This document shows, in pieces, positions 1 to 10,690 of a stretch of DNA of 64,000 nucleotides (the first letter of the stretch is position 1; each line of letters begins with the position of its first letter). Source of the stretch: Pseudomonadota bacterium (GTDB taxonomy: Bacteria; Campylobacterota; Campylobacteria; Campylobacterales; Sulfurimonadaceae). The notes beneath the pieces are model-generated. The model had not been told where the DNA came from. It was given only the letters and a program-made list of their open reading frames with translations, and searched no databases. A program made the translations under genes and the position numbers. The DNA is taken from NCBI GenBank assembly GCA_043797085.1, contig JAZDQA010000008.1:32001-96000 (forward strand). Reading direction: 5' to 3'.

Positions 1-108
1 ATGGCACGTGATATACAAGAAGGGTTGGAGATAGCGCGGGATACGCTTCAAAGCGGCAAAGCGGCGAAAAAACTTGAGCAAATCATTTCGGTATCGTCGA
101 AATTATGA
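1..108 (+). CDS. trpD: C-terminal end of probable anthranilate phosphoribosyltransferase (partial)
   Basis: Open frame ...ARDIQEGLEIARDTLQSGKAAKKLEQIISVSSKL* ending at TGA 106-108 resembles the TrpD C-terminus; only 35 codons are visible. Confidence 0.6.
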   Translation: MARDIQEGLEIARDTLQSGKAAKKLEQIISVSSKL

Positions 109-515
109 TGCAATTAACGCTTCAAGAACTTCCGAAACTTTGTGAGACGGTAACACAGACTCTTCCAAATGGAGGAGTTGTCATTCTTCAAGGAGATTTG
201 GCAAGCGGTAAAACCACTTTTACCCAAAGTTTCGCCGCTTTTTTAGGGTTAAAAGATGCCGTCACTTCCCCTACGTTTTCGCTTCAACAAAAATATGGTG
301 ATAAATTGTATCACTATGATTTGTACAATTATGGATTTGATAAATTTTTATCTTTGGGAATGATGGAAGAACTGGAGCATGCTGGGTATCATCTCATAGA
401 GTGGGGAGATGAAAAGCTCACAGCGTGGCTCAAAAGAGCGGGAATAGAGTGTATTGTGATAAAAATTACGAAATGCAATAATGATATGCGATGCTACGAG
501 GTGCAAAATGGATAA
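105..515 (+). CDS. tsaE: tRNA threonylcarbamoyladenosine biosynthesis ATPase TsaE
   Basis: GDLASGKTT P-loop, VTSPTF, HYDLY, IEWG motifs. Confidence 0.93.
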   Translation: MMQLTLQELPKLCETVTQTLPNGGVVILQGDLASGKTTFTQSFAAFLGLKDAVTSPTFSLQQKYGDKLYHYDLYNYGFDKFLSLGMMEELEHAGYHLIEWGDEKLTAWLKRAGIECIVIKITKCNNDMRCYEVQNG

Positions 516-1242
516 AGTAAACCACACGTTAAAAATTGAAAATTTAGTCAAAACAATTAAAAATCATGAAATTGTACGAGGCATCAGTATGGAGCTTCAT
601 ACGGGTGAAGTAGTAGGATTATTAGGACCCAATGGTGCTGGGAAAACGACAACATTTTATATGATCTGTGGTTTGGTCGAATCCACATCGGGTCGTGTTT
701 ACATTGATGGTGAGGATGTATCCTCGATGCCATTGCATAAACGCTCTCAAATGGGAATTGGGTATTTGCCCCAAGAAGCTTCTATTTTTAAAGATTTGAG
801 TGTGGAAGAAAATCTTATTATCGCGGCTGAAGCTGGAAAACTATCCAAAAAAATGCGAGAACAACGCATCGAAGAACTCTTAGAGATGTTTAATATCGAG
901 CCTATTCGCGCTCGTCGCGGAATCAATCTAAGCGGTGGAGAGCGACGACGGGTTGAGATTGCTCGTGCATTGGTCAATAAACCCCGTTTTTTACTCCTTG
1001 ATGAGCCTTTTGCAGGGGTTGATCCTATCGCCGTAATGGACATTCAAAATGTCATTTCACAGTTGGTTGAATACGGTATTGGTGTATTGATAACGGATCA
1101 TAATGTTCGGGAAACGTTGGCGGTATGTGATCGTGCCTACGTCATTAAAAGCGGAGAGCTTCTGGCTTCTGGAACGAGCGATGAGATCGCACACAATCCT
1201 GATGTGCGAGAACATTATCTGGGCGAATCGTTTAAACTCTAA
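508..1242 (+). CDS. lptB: LPS export ABC transporter ATP-binding protein
   Basis: GPNGAGKTT, GYLPQEASIF, LSGGERRR, LDEPFAGVDP; precedes rpoN; start moved to the ATG at 508. Confidence 0.95.
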   Translation: MDKVNHTLKIENLVKTIKNHEIVRGISMELHTGEVVGLLGPNGAGKTTTFYMICGLVESTSGRVYIDGEDVSSMPLHKRSQMGIGYLPQEASIFKDLSVEENLIIAAEAGKLSKKMREQRIEELLEMFNIEPIRARRGINLSGGERRRVEIARALVNKPRFLLLDEPFAGVDPIAVMDIQNVISQLVEYGIGVLITDHNVRETLAVCDRAYVIKSGELLASGTSDEIAHNPDVREHYLGESFKL

Positions 1243-1244
1243 AT

Positions 1245-2516
1245 ATGGGCGCATTAAAGGTTCGAGCATCGGTTGAGGTTAAAAACAAACTCTCGAATAC
1301 TTTGCGTAATTGGCTTCCGATTTTACATTCGAGTTTGAGTGATTTGGGAGAAGCGATGGCACCTTTTGTTGAGGGGAATCCGCTTATTGACGTTAAATCT
1401 GGATACGAAGAGTCATTCGAAGCAAAAATACCGCGAAAAATTCAATATGGCTATGTCCAAAATTCACACTCTGAAGCGATAGAAGCCCTGACAGTACAGC
1501 AGAAAAGTTTATATGATGTTTTAGATGAGCAATGTGAAGCTCCACTTTTTCCGACACCACTCTCGCAAGCAGTCGCTCGTCATGTCTGTGAAAATCTCGA
1601 TGAGGGAGGATATTATGAGGGGGATGGTGAAACTTTTTGTCTCTCAATGGGGATAAGTTTCGAGACGTTTGAACAAATACGAAAGCGTTTTCGATTTATA
1701 GAGCAAGTGGGAATCGGTGCAAGAAATTTACAGGAGTCCTTCTTATTTCAGCTCGACCACACCTCTATAAGCGATACTGTTTATCATCTGGCAACCGACA
1801 TGATAGAAAATTTAGAAAGCCTAAATCGTTACCATAAAGAAGAATATTTTCATGAGGCAATGAGAGTAATAGGGAGTTTTAAAAATCCGCCTGCCATTGA
1901 TTTTTTGGAAAACTCATTGCAAGTTATTCCTGATTTGATGATTTTTAATGATCCGGATACGGGAATAGAAGTTAAGCTCAATGATAACTATTATCCTGCC
2001 ATCACAATCGATACTGAATATGGTGTTGAACACAGCTTTATTACGCAAAAGTTTAAAGAAGCAAAAAGTTTGGTAGATGCTTTGGAAATGCGTAAAGCAA
2101 CCTTGTATAAAGTGGGACTGATGATTGTTGAATATCAGTATACTTTTTTCACAGGCGGAGCGATTAAGCCGTTAACTCTGAAAATGTTAGCCGATGAGTT
2201 TGGTCATAACCCTTCGACGATTTCACGCGCTATTGCCAACAAATACATTGCGTGTGACCGAGGTATTTATGCGATGAAAGAGTTTTTTACGACCGCCATT
2301 GATGAGGATGTATCCAATGCTGCTATCAAAGAGTATGTCAGTGAATGTGTGAAACAAGAATCGCATAAAAAACCGTTGAGTGATATGAAACTTCTGGAGA
2401 TGGTTCAAACCAAATTTAATATCACAATGGTTCGCCGAACAATTGCCAAATACCGTTCACAAGCCAATATCGCAGGGTCAAGTGAGCGTAAAAAACTCTA
2501 TCAGCTAGGACGATGA
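1245..2516 (+). CDS. rpoN: RNA polymerase sigma-54 factor (housekeeping/flagellar locus copy)
   Basis: APLFPT, NPPA, STISRAIANKY HTH, RpoN box VRRTIAKYR; conserved lptB-rpoN synteny. Confidence 0.95.
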   Translation: MGALKVRASVEVKNKLSNTLRNWLPILHSSLSDLGEAMAPFVEGNPLIDVKSGYEESFEAKIPRKIQYGYVQNSHSEAIEALTVQQKSLYDVLDEQCEAPLFPTPLSQAVARHVCENLDEGGYYEGDGETFCLSMGISFETFEQIRKRFRFIEQVGIGARNLQESFLFQLDHTSISDTVYHLATDMIENLESLNRYHKEEYFHEAMRVIGSFKNPPAIDFLENSLQVIPDLMIFNDPDTGIEVKLNDNYYPAITIDTEYGVEHSFITQKFKEAKSLVDALEMRKATLYKVGLMIVEYQYTFFTGGAIKPLTLKMLADEFGHNPSTISRAIANKYIACDRGIYAMKEFFTTAIDEDVSNAAIKEYVSECVKQESHKKPLSDMKLLEMVQTKFNITMVRRTIAKYRSQANIAGSSERKKLYQLGR

Positions 2517-3256
2517 AAAAGTTAAAAGCACGTTTAGACGCAGAGGTTGCACGACGGAATTGTTCAGAGGAGATGTGCGAGGATAAGCCTGATCCTTTGA
2601 TGATTGCGCGTTCATTTGGAGATGAATGCAATGCCCTTACGTGCGCTTTATTTGCGTATGGAAATGTACGTGCAATTGTTGGTTTTTTACGATCATTGGA
2701 CAGCGGACTAATTGATATGGGCGAAGAGGATATTGTGAGGTCTGTTGAGGGAAAATATTATCGTTTTCAAAATAGTGAAGATATAGCACAATGGTTTATC
2801 ACGCTTCGACGTTTAAAACTTAATGGAGGAGTAGAAGAAGCATTTAGGCAGGGATACGACCAAGGAGGGGTATTGGAGGGGTTAGATGCCCTTATTGAAA
2901 CATTGTATGCTCTAAACCCGTATCGATCCAAAGGCTATGCCTTCCTCATTGGAAAACCAATTAAAAAAAGTTCTTCCCCCTCAGCTATGAAACGTATCTT
3001 GATGTATTTACGCTGGATGGTTCGTCATGATACGCTTGATATGGGGTTGTGGAGCGTTATGTCGTCTTCTGAACTCATTATGCCGCTGGATACCCATACG
3101 TTTCATGTTTCAACTAAATTAGGGCTGTTAAAGAGAAAGCAATGTGATCTTAAAGCCGCACTGGAATTAACGGAAAATTTAAAAAAATTTGATCCATTAG
3201 ACCCCATAAAGTACGATTTTGCACTTTACAGGCTAGGGCAAGAAGGAATTATTTAA
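2513..3256 (+). CDS. TIGR02757-type conserved protein (HhH-GPD-like)
   Basis: KRILMYLRWMVR, PLDTH, DPIKYDFAL motifs. Confidence 0.85.
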   Translation: MKKLKARLDAEVARRNCSEEMCEDKPDPLMIARSFGDECNALTCALFAYGNVRAIVGFLRSLDSGLIDMGEEDIVRSVEGKYYRFQNSEDIAQWFITLRRLKLNGGVEEAFRQGYDQGGVLEGLDALIETLYALNPYRSKGYAFLIGKPIKKSSSPSAMKRILMYLRWMVRHDTLDMGLWSVMSSSELIMPLDTHTFHVSTKLGLLKRKQCDLKAALELTENLKKFDPLDPIKYDFALYRLGQEGII

Positions 3257-5181
3257 GGAAGGTGGCTTGGACCTCCAATGTAAAATCCTTGTACATAGTC
3301 GATATTTAATGTTTGTAATGTTGTGAAAATTACATCGTTTTCAACATTTTCAGCAATTGATTTTGCTCCAACGGCGTTGGCAAATGCTGCTATGATTCGA
3401 ACCGTTTCTAAATATTTTCGATTATCATTGATTTTATTAATCAACCCACCATCAATTTTAAGATAATCAATATCCAAGTGAATAATTTTATCTAAATTGG
3501 AATAGCCTGCACCAAAATTATCAACCGATATTTTTACGCCCAACTGCTTAACCCTTGCAATGAAGAGCGATACCAGAACATAATGATCATAAATATCCTC
3601 TTCAGAAAGTTCAAAGATAATTCGGCGAGCAGTATTGGTGCCTACGATTGTCTCTTCGATGTAGCGTAGTGTATGATTATCTGCGATATCGAGTATGGAT
3701 AAATGAACAGTGAAGTTTTCACTACGATTTGCAAATGCCTCACACGTTTGACGAATAATTTCTCGTGAGATTTCAGGATAAAGGGCTGTCTTTTTGGCAA
3801 TGGCTAAAAAGTTCAAAGGAGAGATGAGGGTTGCATCTTTACTAATTAATCGTGCGAGAGTCTCATAAGCTTGAATCTCTCCGCTTTGAGTCGAAATTAT
3901 GGGTTGATAATAGCAAATTATACGCCCATCATAGTACGCCTCTCGAATAGAGGATGCAATAGCGATATTTTGATGTTGCTCCTTTTCAAGTTCTTTATCT
4001 TCTTTATAAATCGAAAAATCTTGTGATGTTTCGGTTGCATTAGCGAGTGCTTCATCCGCATGAGAAAGAGAAAGATGAACACTAGTATCAATTCCAAGCC
4101 GAATTGATACGATAATTTTCTCATTTAATACATTAAATGAGTGCTGGTTGAGTGAATGGAGCAAAAACTCAGCAAAAGTTGGCAAATCTTCTGTCGTTTT
4201 ATCTGAATCGAGGAGTAGGGCAAATTCATCTCGTCCTAATCGATACGCAATGAGTCCCAATTTGGTAAGAAGCAGTGAAACTTGTTGTCGTAAAGAATCA
4301 GTGATTGAAGCACCAAAAAAGTGATTCAGTTCTTGAAAATTTTTAAGATGAATAATGACAAGAGCATGATAAGCATGACGATCCATATCAAACGCAAGAC
4401 GATGTCTGTTTGGAAGATGGGTCAGGGGATCAATAAATCCTTCATTAATCAGTTCTTTTGTTTTTTCTTCTACTCGTTCATGTAAAATCTCAGTAGTTTC
4501 CTGCAATTTTTCAGTGGTGGATTCAATCTCTTCGCTCAGGCGCTTTGTATCATTTGCAAGTACATTGCGGTAAACAATTAAGAAAGGGAGAATACCTGCA
4601 AAAAGAAGAAGGGATTTTGCAATGGTATCAAAAATTGCCATTTGTGATAGTTTTTGAAGCGAAGTGGGTTCTGTAACGGCAACAGTTAAATAGTGAATTC
4701 CTGATGCGGTAGTACTTGGAAGATAGAGAGTGTGAAAACCTTGAACCGGATCAAGATGAAAATAGGGTTGATTGCTTTTTAGAATTTTAGTGAGTTGTTC
4801 ACGATCATTATGCACTGCATCAAGAGGTCCAATGAGTGTTTGATTAGAGGCAGTATAGATATTACTCATACCATAACGCAACGTATTATTGGCATCCACA
4901 AATACACTGTAAAGGCGTCCCATTTTGTGGCTGCGTGCAAATGATGTCATGTTCTCTATCATGGTTGCCGTCTCTATCGGGGTGATTTGACCTTCCCATA
5001 GATGATCATAATAATTGCTTCCTGGAAGTATTGAGGCAGACGAGGCAGCTTCTAATAAATCACTTTTAATTGTTTCTATATGGGTTTTTTTAGCATCATA
5101 ATATTCTCGAATACCCATTCCGATGACCACTGCAATAAAAAGTAAAAGAGTTATAAAAAATTTCTTACTATTAACGCGCAT
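3253..5181 (-). CDS. Membrane-anchored GGDEF-EAL domain protein (degenerate motifs)
   Basis: Two TM segments, DPLTHLPNR, RLGRDEF, YQPI..YETLAR, DNFGAGYS, DYLKIDG, QGFY. Confidence 0.88.
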   Translation of the reverse strand: MRVNSKKFFITLLLFIAVVIGMGIREYYDAKKTHIETIKSDLLEAASSASILPGSNYYDHLWEGQITPIETATMIENMTSFARSHKMGRLYSVFVDANNTLRYGMSNIYTASNQTLIGPLDAVHNDREQLTKILKSNQPYFHLDPVQGFHTLYLPSTTASGIHYLTVAVTEPTSLQKLSQMAIFDTIAKSLLLFAGILPFLIVYRNVLANDTKRLSEEIESTTEKLQETTEILHERVEEKTKELINEGFIDPLTHLPNRHRLAFDMDRHAYHALVIIHLKNFQELNHFFGASITDSLRQQVSLLLTKLGLIAYRLGRDEFALLLDSDKTTEDLPTFAEFLLHSLNQHSFNVLNEKIIVSIRLGIDTSVHLSLSHADEALANATETSQDFSIYKEDKELEKEQHQNIAIASSIREAYYDGRIICYYQPIISTQSGEIQAYETLARLISKDATLISPLNFLAIAKKTALYPEISREIIRQTCEAFANRSENFTVHLSILDIADNHTLRYIEETIVGTNTARRIIFELSEEDIYDHYVLVSLFIARVKQLGVKISVDNFGAGYSNLDKIIHLDIDYLKIDGGLINKINDNRKYLETVRIIAAFANAVGAKSIAENVENDVIFTTLQTLNIDYVQGFYIGGPSHLP

Positions 5182-5311
5182 ATAATCCTCCCTGTCTTAA
5201 TAAATGTCAGTATAACATTATATTAACAAAATAAATAAGTCAGTATTGGCGCAACGGTTGTAAAAATGAAATTATGGTACAATCGCCTAATTAATCAGGA
5301 GTCCAATTGGA

Positions 5312-6721
5312 ATGAAAAAAATTTTAATCGTGAGTGATGGGGTTATCGGTCACCATTTTATTGAACGTGTTATTGGTACGCATACTACTGAAAATGTCTA
5401 TTATGTTATACACTCAAAAGCAGATGAAACGTATGACAGCTACAACCAATCACGTTTTAAATTTTTTAATTTCGATCCAACCAGTTATTATAAAATTACC
5501 ACTATTTTAAAAATGGATTTTACGCAAGCTATTTTAGCGATGGAAAATCAGCTCGAACTTGAACAGACAATCAAAAATATTCGCGCATTAAAACCGAATA
5601 TTCGTATTGTCGCCTTAGATTTATGGAACTCGGTCAGCCTTGAAGATGGGGTTGAATGGATTAATATGCGTCAAATCTTAGCTTTGAATCTTATCGATCA
5701 TCTTCCTAACATCCCTGTTCTCGCTCAAAATATCGGCTTGGGAAATGGTGAAATAATGGAGGTTTTGGTCCCTTTTGGAAGCTCGTTTGTGTATCGGCAC
5801 ATCGGTTCAATTGAACAAAATAATTGGAAAATAGCGGCAATTTATCGGAATCGTCAGTTAATTTTACCTTCGGATCAAAAAATGATTCAGCCCAATGATG
5901 TCTTGATATTAGTGGGCGAACCCAATGTGCTTAAATCCGTTTATCGTGCAATTAAGCGTGAGCTTGGTCAGTTTCCGGCTCCTTTTGGCAGTAAACTTTA
6001 TTTGTACATCGATATGGCGTATGAAAAGCCAAAAACAATGTTTGAATTGGTGCGACGAAGTATTTATATCCAACGAAAATTGAAAAAACCGCTCTTAATC
6101 AAGATTGTAAATCCAGGAAATATAGATCATTTACGTCAGATTAAAGCCTGTGCAGTAGAGGGTGTAGAGATTGAAATCGTTTACGATTCCATCGTTGACG
6201 AAGAGATGTTTTTATCCGATATTAAAAAACATCATATTGGTCTTTTTCTTGTTTCTCATACCATGTTTGCACGTCGATCCATACGTAAAAAGCTTTATCA
6301 AGGAAATGTTCCGGTTTTAAAACTTGCAAACCGATCATTTTCAACGCTCAAGCAATCTTTGGTTATTTTGGGGGAAGAAAATCATGTTGAGCATATTTCA
6401 ACCACGGTTTTTGATGTCGCGTCGCAGCTTGGCTTTAATTTGGAATTGATTGATTATACGGTTGAGGAGAGGGCAAATGTTACGCAGGCGATTGAACATT
6501 TTAACAATCTTTCGACTATCTTTTCTAAATCGATTAATGTCGTAAAAACCGATGAAAATCCCATCCGTTTTTTACGAGATTATGATAATTTTTTGCAATG
6601 CCTCCCTTTTACGGACAAGATGTTTGAAAATCCGTTTAAATGTTTTTTCGCTACCGATCCTGAGATTTTATACGCAAAACTCGATGGTTACCACCAGCTT
6701 TTTATCCCGACACAAATATAA
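5312..6721 (+). CDS. COG3400-like protein with TrkA-C (RCK) domain
   Basis: GLGNGEIMEVLVPFGSSFVYRHIGSIEQNNWKIAAIYR, typical of this Campylobacterota family. Confidence 0.75.
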   Translation: MKKILIVSDGVIGHHFIERVIGTHTTENVYYVIHSKADETYDSYNQSRFKFFNFDPTSYYKITTILKMDFTQAILAMENQLELEQTIKNIRALKPNIRIVALDLWNSVSLEDGVEWINMRQILALNLIDHLPNIPVLAQNIGLGNGEIMEVLVPFGSSFVYRHIGSIEQNNWKIAAIYRNRQLILPSDQKMIQPNDVLILVGEPNVLKSVYRAIKRELGQFPAPFGSKLYLYIDMAYEKPKTMFELVRRSIYIQRKLKKPLLIKIVNPGNIDHLRQIKACAVEGVEIEIVYDSIVDEEMFLSDIKKHHIGLFLVSHTMFARRSIRKKLYQGNVPVLKLANRSFSTLKQSLVILGEENHVEHISTTVFDVASQLGFNLELIDYTVEERANVTQAIEHFNNLSTIFSKSINVVKTDENPIRFLRDYDNFLQCLPFTDKMFENPFKCFFATDPEILYAKLDGYHQLFIPTQI

Positions 6722-6780
6722 TTTAAGCCTATTTAAAGTATCATAGTAAAACTTTCATACTTTATTTCAGTAGGCTTTTT

Positions 6781-7827
6781 ATGACAATCAATATTTCTCT
6801 TAATCGAATCATCGATGACTCTTATCCTATCCATATCGGTCCGTTGCAAGCGATTGATTTCAATGGTAAAGTAGCGGTTCTAACCAATCCAAAAGTGGCA
6901 GGATTGCATCTGGGAACACTTCTTTCGAAACTAAATGCAAAAGAAGTTTTTATCATTACGATCCCCGACGGAGAACAATACAAAAATCTTGAGACAATAG
7001 AATTTATTTTGGATCGGATGTTTGACCACCGATTGAATCGAAAATCTTTACTTATCGCTTTTGGCGGTGGTGTGATCGGTGATATGGGGGGATTTGCTTC
7101 AAGTCTTTATAATCGCGGTATTGATTTTGTACAGATCCCAACGACATTGCTTTCTCAAGTTGATGCGAGTGTTGGTGGAAAAACAGGCGTGAATAACCGA
7201 TTTGGAAAGAATCTTATCGGAGCCTTTCATCAACCCAAAGCCGTTCATATTGATCCAAGTTTTTTGAACACACTTCCTTCCCGTGAGTTTGGTGCAGGTG
7301 TGGCAGAAATTGTCAAGATGGCAGTGACGTTTAATAAAGATTTTTTTGAATGGCTCGAAAACAATGACTTACGAGAAGACGATAATCTGCTTCATGCCAT
7401 TTCCAAAGCGGTTGAAACAAAAGCCCGTGTTGTCGAAGCCGATGAAAAAGAGTTGGGACTTCGAGCTGCACTTAACTACGGGCACACTTTTGGGCATGTG
7501 ATTGAAAATGAGACCCGATATGAGACTTATTTGCATGGAGAGAGTGTGGCAATCGGTATGATTATGGCGAATAATCTTGCATGTGAATTAGGATTTATGA
7601 CCATTGATGAGATGTTACGGATTCGAGTTGTCTTAGAGCGCTATGGTTTACCCCTTTCATATGACATTATTGATGTAGAGAAATTTTACCAAGCATTTTT
7701 CTTGGATAAAAAAAGTGCTGACAGTGCTATAACGTTTATTTTACCTCGCTCTATCGGCGACGTTGAAATTACAGACAGCGTGGATGCCAATATCGTTAAA
7801 TCAATTTTAAGACGATTCCAAAAATGA
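6781..7827 (+). CDS. aroB: 3-dehydroquinate synthase
   Basis: GGGVIGD, PTTLLSQVDASVGGKTG, LNYGHTFGH. Confidence 0.97.
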   Translation: MTINISLNRIIDDSYPIHIGPLQAIDFNGKVAVLTNPKVAGLHLGTLLSKLNAKEVFIITIPDGEQYKNLETIEFILDRMFDHRLNRKSLLIAFGGGVIGDMGGFASSLYNRGIDFVQIPTTLLSQVDASVGGKTGVNNRFGKNLIGAFHQPKAVHIDPSFLNTLPSREFGAGVAEIVKMAVTFNKDFFEWLENNDLREDDNLLHAISKAVETKARVVEADEKELGLRAALNYGHTFGHVIENETRYETYLHGESVAIGMIMANNLACELGFMTIDEMLRIRVVLERYGLPLSYDIIDVEKFYQAFFLDKKSADSAITFILPRSIGDVEITDSVDANIVKSILRRFQK

Positions 7828-9449
7828 AATCACTTTTTTTCTCTAAACGTATTCTCCTTATTTTATTTTTTATAACGCTTTCATTGAATGCAGTAGCTGT
7901 TGAACAGGGGGAGACTGACACCAATAGTGCGTTTCAAGAGAATGTCGATAGCAAAAAAAATGAATTGGAAAAACTCCAAAAAACACTCTCAAAAGAAAAT
8001 AGTATTTGGATTAAAAGTTATGATTCGTATTCGGCATATCGAGCGGCACGTAAGAGCTTGCGTGAGGTTAAATGGCGTATAAATGAGCTAAAAGATTCTC
8101 GTTCAACCAGTGAACATAAGCTCGAACTGGAAGCGCTTCAGGCAAAAGAGAGAATCTTGACCGATCAGATTGCATTGTTGCAAGCACAGGGAACTTCTCC
8201 TTTTATCGCGTTACTCAAACCTGATGAAGCCGGTACGCTTCCCAGTGTTACCAATCCTTTTGAGATTGTTATGGGTCTCTCATACGTTAAGCGTCTCAAT
8301 AGTCAATTTAGTGATTACACCGTTCGTGCAGAAGATTTACAAGATATTATTGCCAATCTTGAGCGGCAAGCTCAGCTAAGCAAAGAGCTTACACTGCTGG
8401 AACCAAAAGAGAAAAAATATTGGACGGACTTAGAAAATACTCTCTTGAGAATTGAAAAGTTCAAATTGGCACTCGATACGTTAAATACCACGACGAAAGT
8501 ATATGAAAAGCGGATAGAAACAACGGAAGCCAAAATTAACAAAGAGATTAAAGATCAGTTGTATAAACTCTTTACTCTCTTTGTTGTTGTTGTTGTTTTA
8601 TTGCTTATCTCATTTTTGATAAAGCGCACCGTTAAACATTACGTTATAGACAATGAACGATTTTATACGGTCAATAAAATCGTAACGTTCATTAGCATGA
8701 CGCTCATTACGATGGTTGTCCTTTTTAGTTATATGGATAACGTGGGCTATCTTGCAACCGTTCTTGGTTTTGCTTCTGCCGGTTTAGCAATTGCGATGCG
8801 TGATTGGTTTATGTCTCTTTTTGGATGGATTGTTATTTTCGTTGGGGGATCGATTCATGTCGGTGATCGTATTCGTGTTGTCAAAGAGGGGATGGAATAC
8901 GTCGGTGATATTTTAGATATTTCTCCGTTGCGAATCACTTTGATGGAAGATGTGACACTGACAACGGTTGAAGTAAATCGCAGAGCAGGGCGGATTATTT
9001 TCGTTCCTAACAATTATATTTTTACGTCAATGATTGCTAACTATTCTCATGCCTCACTCAAAACGGTATGGGACGGGATCGATGTGATGATAACGTTTGA
9101 TTCAAATCATAAAAAAGCAGTTCAGATTGTTAAAGAAATTTGCCGTAAATATTCCAAGGGTTACACCGAAATCACCCGTAAACAGCTCAACAAATTACGC
9201 GATAGATACAGTCTTAAAAACAGCAATGTTGAACCTAGAATATTTACCTTTATTGAATCAAATGGAATAAAAGTAAGTGCGTGGTATTTAACCAATGCGT
9301 ATGCTACTCTTACGTTGCGCAGTACCATTTCAGGTGATATTGTCGATGCATTTAATGCCGAATTTGATATCACGATAGCCTATCCTACTCAAACGTTTTA
9401 TAGTGCGCCCATTCCTCCCAAATCATTGCCTAAAGTAGAAGAAGTATGA
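7824..9449 (+). CDS. MscS-family mechanosensitive channel with periplasmic coiled-coil N-terminus
   Basis: Signal peptide, coiled coil, TM helices, GFASAGLAIA..D, VGDRI, IFVPNN, IAYPTQ. Confidence 0.85.
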   Translation: MKSLFFSKRILLILFFITLSLNAVAVEQGETDTNSAFQENVDSKKNELEKLQKTLSKENSIWIKSYDSYSAYRAARKSLREVKWRINELKDSRSTSEHKLELEALQAKERILTDQIALLQAQGTSPFIALLKPDEAGTLPSVTNPFEIVMGLSYVKRLNSQFSDYTVRAEDLQDIIANLERQAQLSKELTLLEPKEKKYWTDLENTLLRIEKFKLALDTLNTTTKVYEKRIETTEAKINKEIKDQLYKLFTLFVVVVVLLLISFLIKRTVKHYVIDNERFYTVNKIVTFISMTLITMVVLFSYMDNVGYLATVLGFASAGLAIAMRDWFMSLFGWIVIFVGGSIHVGDRIRVVKEGMEYVGDILDISPLRITLMEDVTLTTVEVNRRAGRIIFVPNNYIFTSMIANYSHASLKTVWDGIDVMITFDSNHKKAVQIVKEICRKYSKGYTEITRKQLNKLRDRYSLKNSNVEPRIFTFIESNGIKVSAWYLTNAYATLTLRSTISGDIVDAFNAEFDITIAYPTQTFYSAPIPPKSLPKVEEV

Positions 9450-10690
9450 AGCCAAAAGTCTATTTTAAAACCTTCGGATGCCGTACTAATGTGTTTGATT
9501 CCCAAGTAATGATGAGTGGTCTAAAAGATTATGAGGTTACTGAAGAAGAGAGTGCAGCAGATATTGTCGTTGTGAACTCATGTACGGTAACCAATGGAGC
9601 GGATGTAAGTGTTCGCGGCTATATTAACAGTATGGAAAAACAAGGAAAAAAGCTTTTTCTAACCGGTTGCGGAGCACACACGAAAGGTGAGAGCCTTTTT
9701 GGTGCCAATAAGGTTCATGGAGTATTCGGTCAATCGGAAAAAATGAAAATCAATACGCTGCTCTCCAGCGAAAACCGTTTTTATGAGATTGGTGATTTAA
9801 ACTACGTCGATGATGCGATCGTTGATGAATTTGTTGGAAAATCGAGAGCTTTCATCAAAATTCAAGAGGGATGCAACTTCCGTTGTAATTACTGTATTAT
9901 CCCGTTTGTCCGTGGCGATGCGCGTAGTATGGATGAGACGAAGATTTTAGAACAGGTTTCACGTCTTGCGAGCAACGGTTTTGGTGAATTTGTCCTCACG
10001 GGGACGAATGTCGGAAGCTATGGGCAGGGCGAGGGGAAAACTATTGCCTCTTTGATGCAAAAAATGTCGCTTATACGGGGTGTTCGCCGTATTCGTGTCG
10101 GGTCACTTGAACCTATCCAAATCAATGAAGCGTTTCGCGAAATTTTAGATGAACCGTGGTTGGAGCGTCATTTACATATTGCTATTCAGCACAGCTCTAA
10201 TGAGATGTTAAAGATGATGAACCGTCGGAATCGATTTGAGAGTGATAGAGAACTTTTTAGCCTTTTGCATGAAAAAGGTTTTGCTTTGGGGACGGATTTT
10301 ATTGTCGGTCATCCGGGAGAGAGCGATGCACTCTGGGACGATGCAATGAAAAATATCCGTGAACTTCATTTGACGCATATCCATCCTTTTACCTATTCTA
10401 AGCGGGATGGAACCCCCAGTGCTCTTTTAAAACCTGAGATAAATGGAGCAGTTTCCAGTGTACGAATGGCGGAGCTTAATGCTCTGATTACGTCGAATAA
10501 TCTTAACTTTCGACGTACAATGACAGCTGCGTTAGAGGTTTTAATTGAATCAGGTAATAATGGTATTTACAGTGGATTGGATCAATTTTTTAATAAAACA
10601 GTAATCTATAGTGAGGAAGATTTATCAGGTAATTGGGTAACAATCGATAACTATGAGGTAGAAGATGAACATAACAAAGCTCAATTTTAA
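9446..10690 (+). CDS. mtaB: tRNA t6A37 methylthiotransferase
   Basis: TFGCRTN, NSCTVT, TGCGA, radical SAM CNFRCNYC. Confidence 0.92.
   Translation: MKPKVYFKTFGCRTNVFDSQVMMSGLKDYEVTEEESAADIVVVNSCTVTNGADVSVRGYINSMEKQGKKLFLTGCGAHTKGESLFGANKVHGVFGQSEKMKINTLLSSENRFYEIGDLNYVDDAIVDEFVGKSRAFIKIQEGCNFRCNYCIIPFVRGDARSMDETKILEQVSRLASNGFGEFVLTGTNVGSYGQGEGKTIASLMQKMSLIRGVRRIRVGSLEPIQINEAFREILDEPWLERHLHIAIQHSSNEMLKMMNRRNRFESDRELFSLLHEKGFALGTDFIVGHPGESDALWDDAMKNIRELHLTHIHPFTYSKRDGTPSALLKPEINGAVSSVRMAELNALITSNNLNFRRTMTAALEVLIESGNNGIYSGLDQFFNKTVIYSEEDLSGNWVTIDNYEVEDEHNKAQF

Noticed and set aside
5204..5218. ATGTCAGTATAACAT as a third copy of the repressor/dinB operator
   Set aside because: Adequately explained as the extended -10 (TGTTATACT, minus strand) of the GGDEF-EAL gene
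5247..5262. TGGCGC-N5-TTGTA as a sigma-54 promoter
   Set aside because: The -12 position is GT rather than GC, and a good extended -10 (TGGTACAAT) lies just downstream
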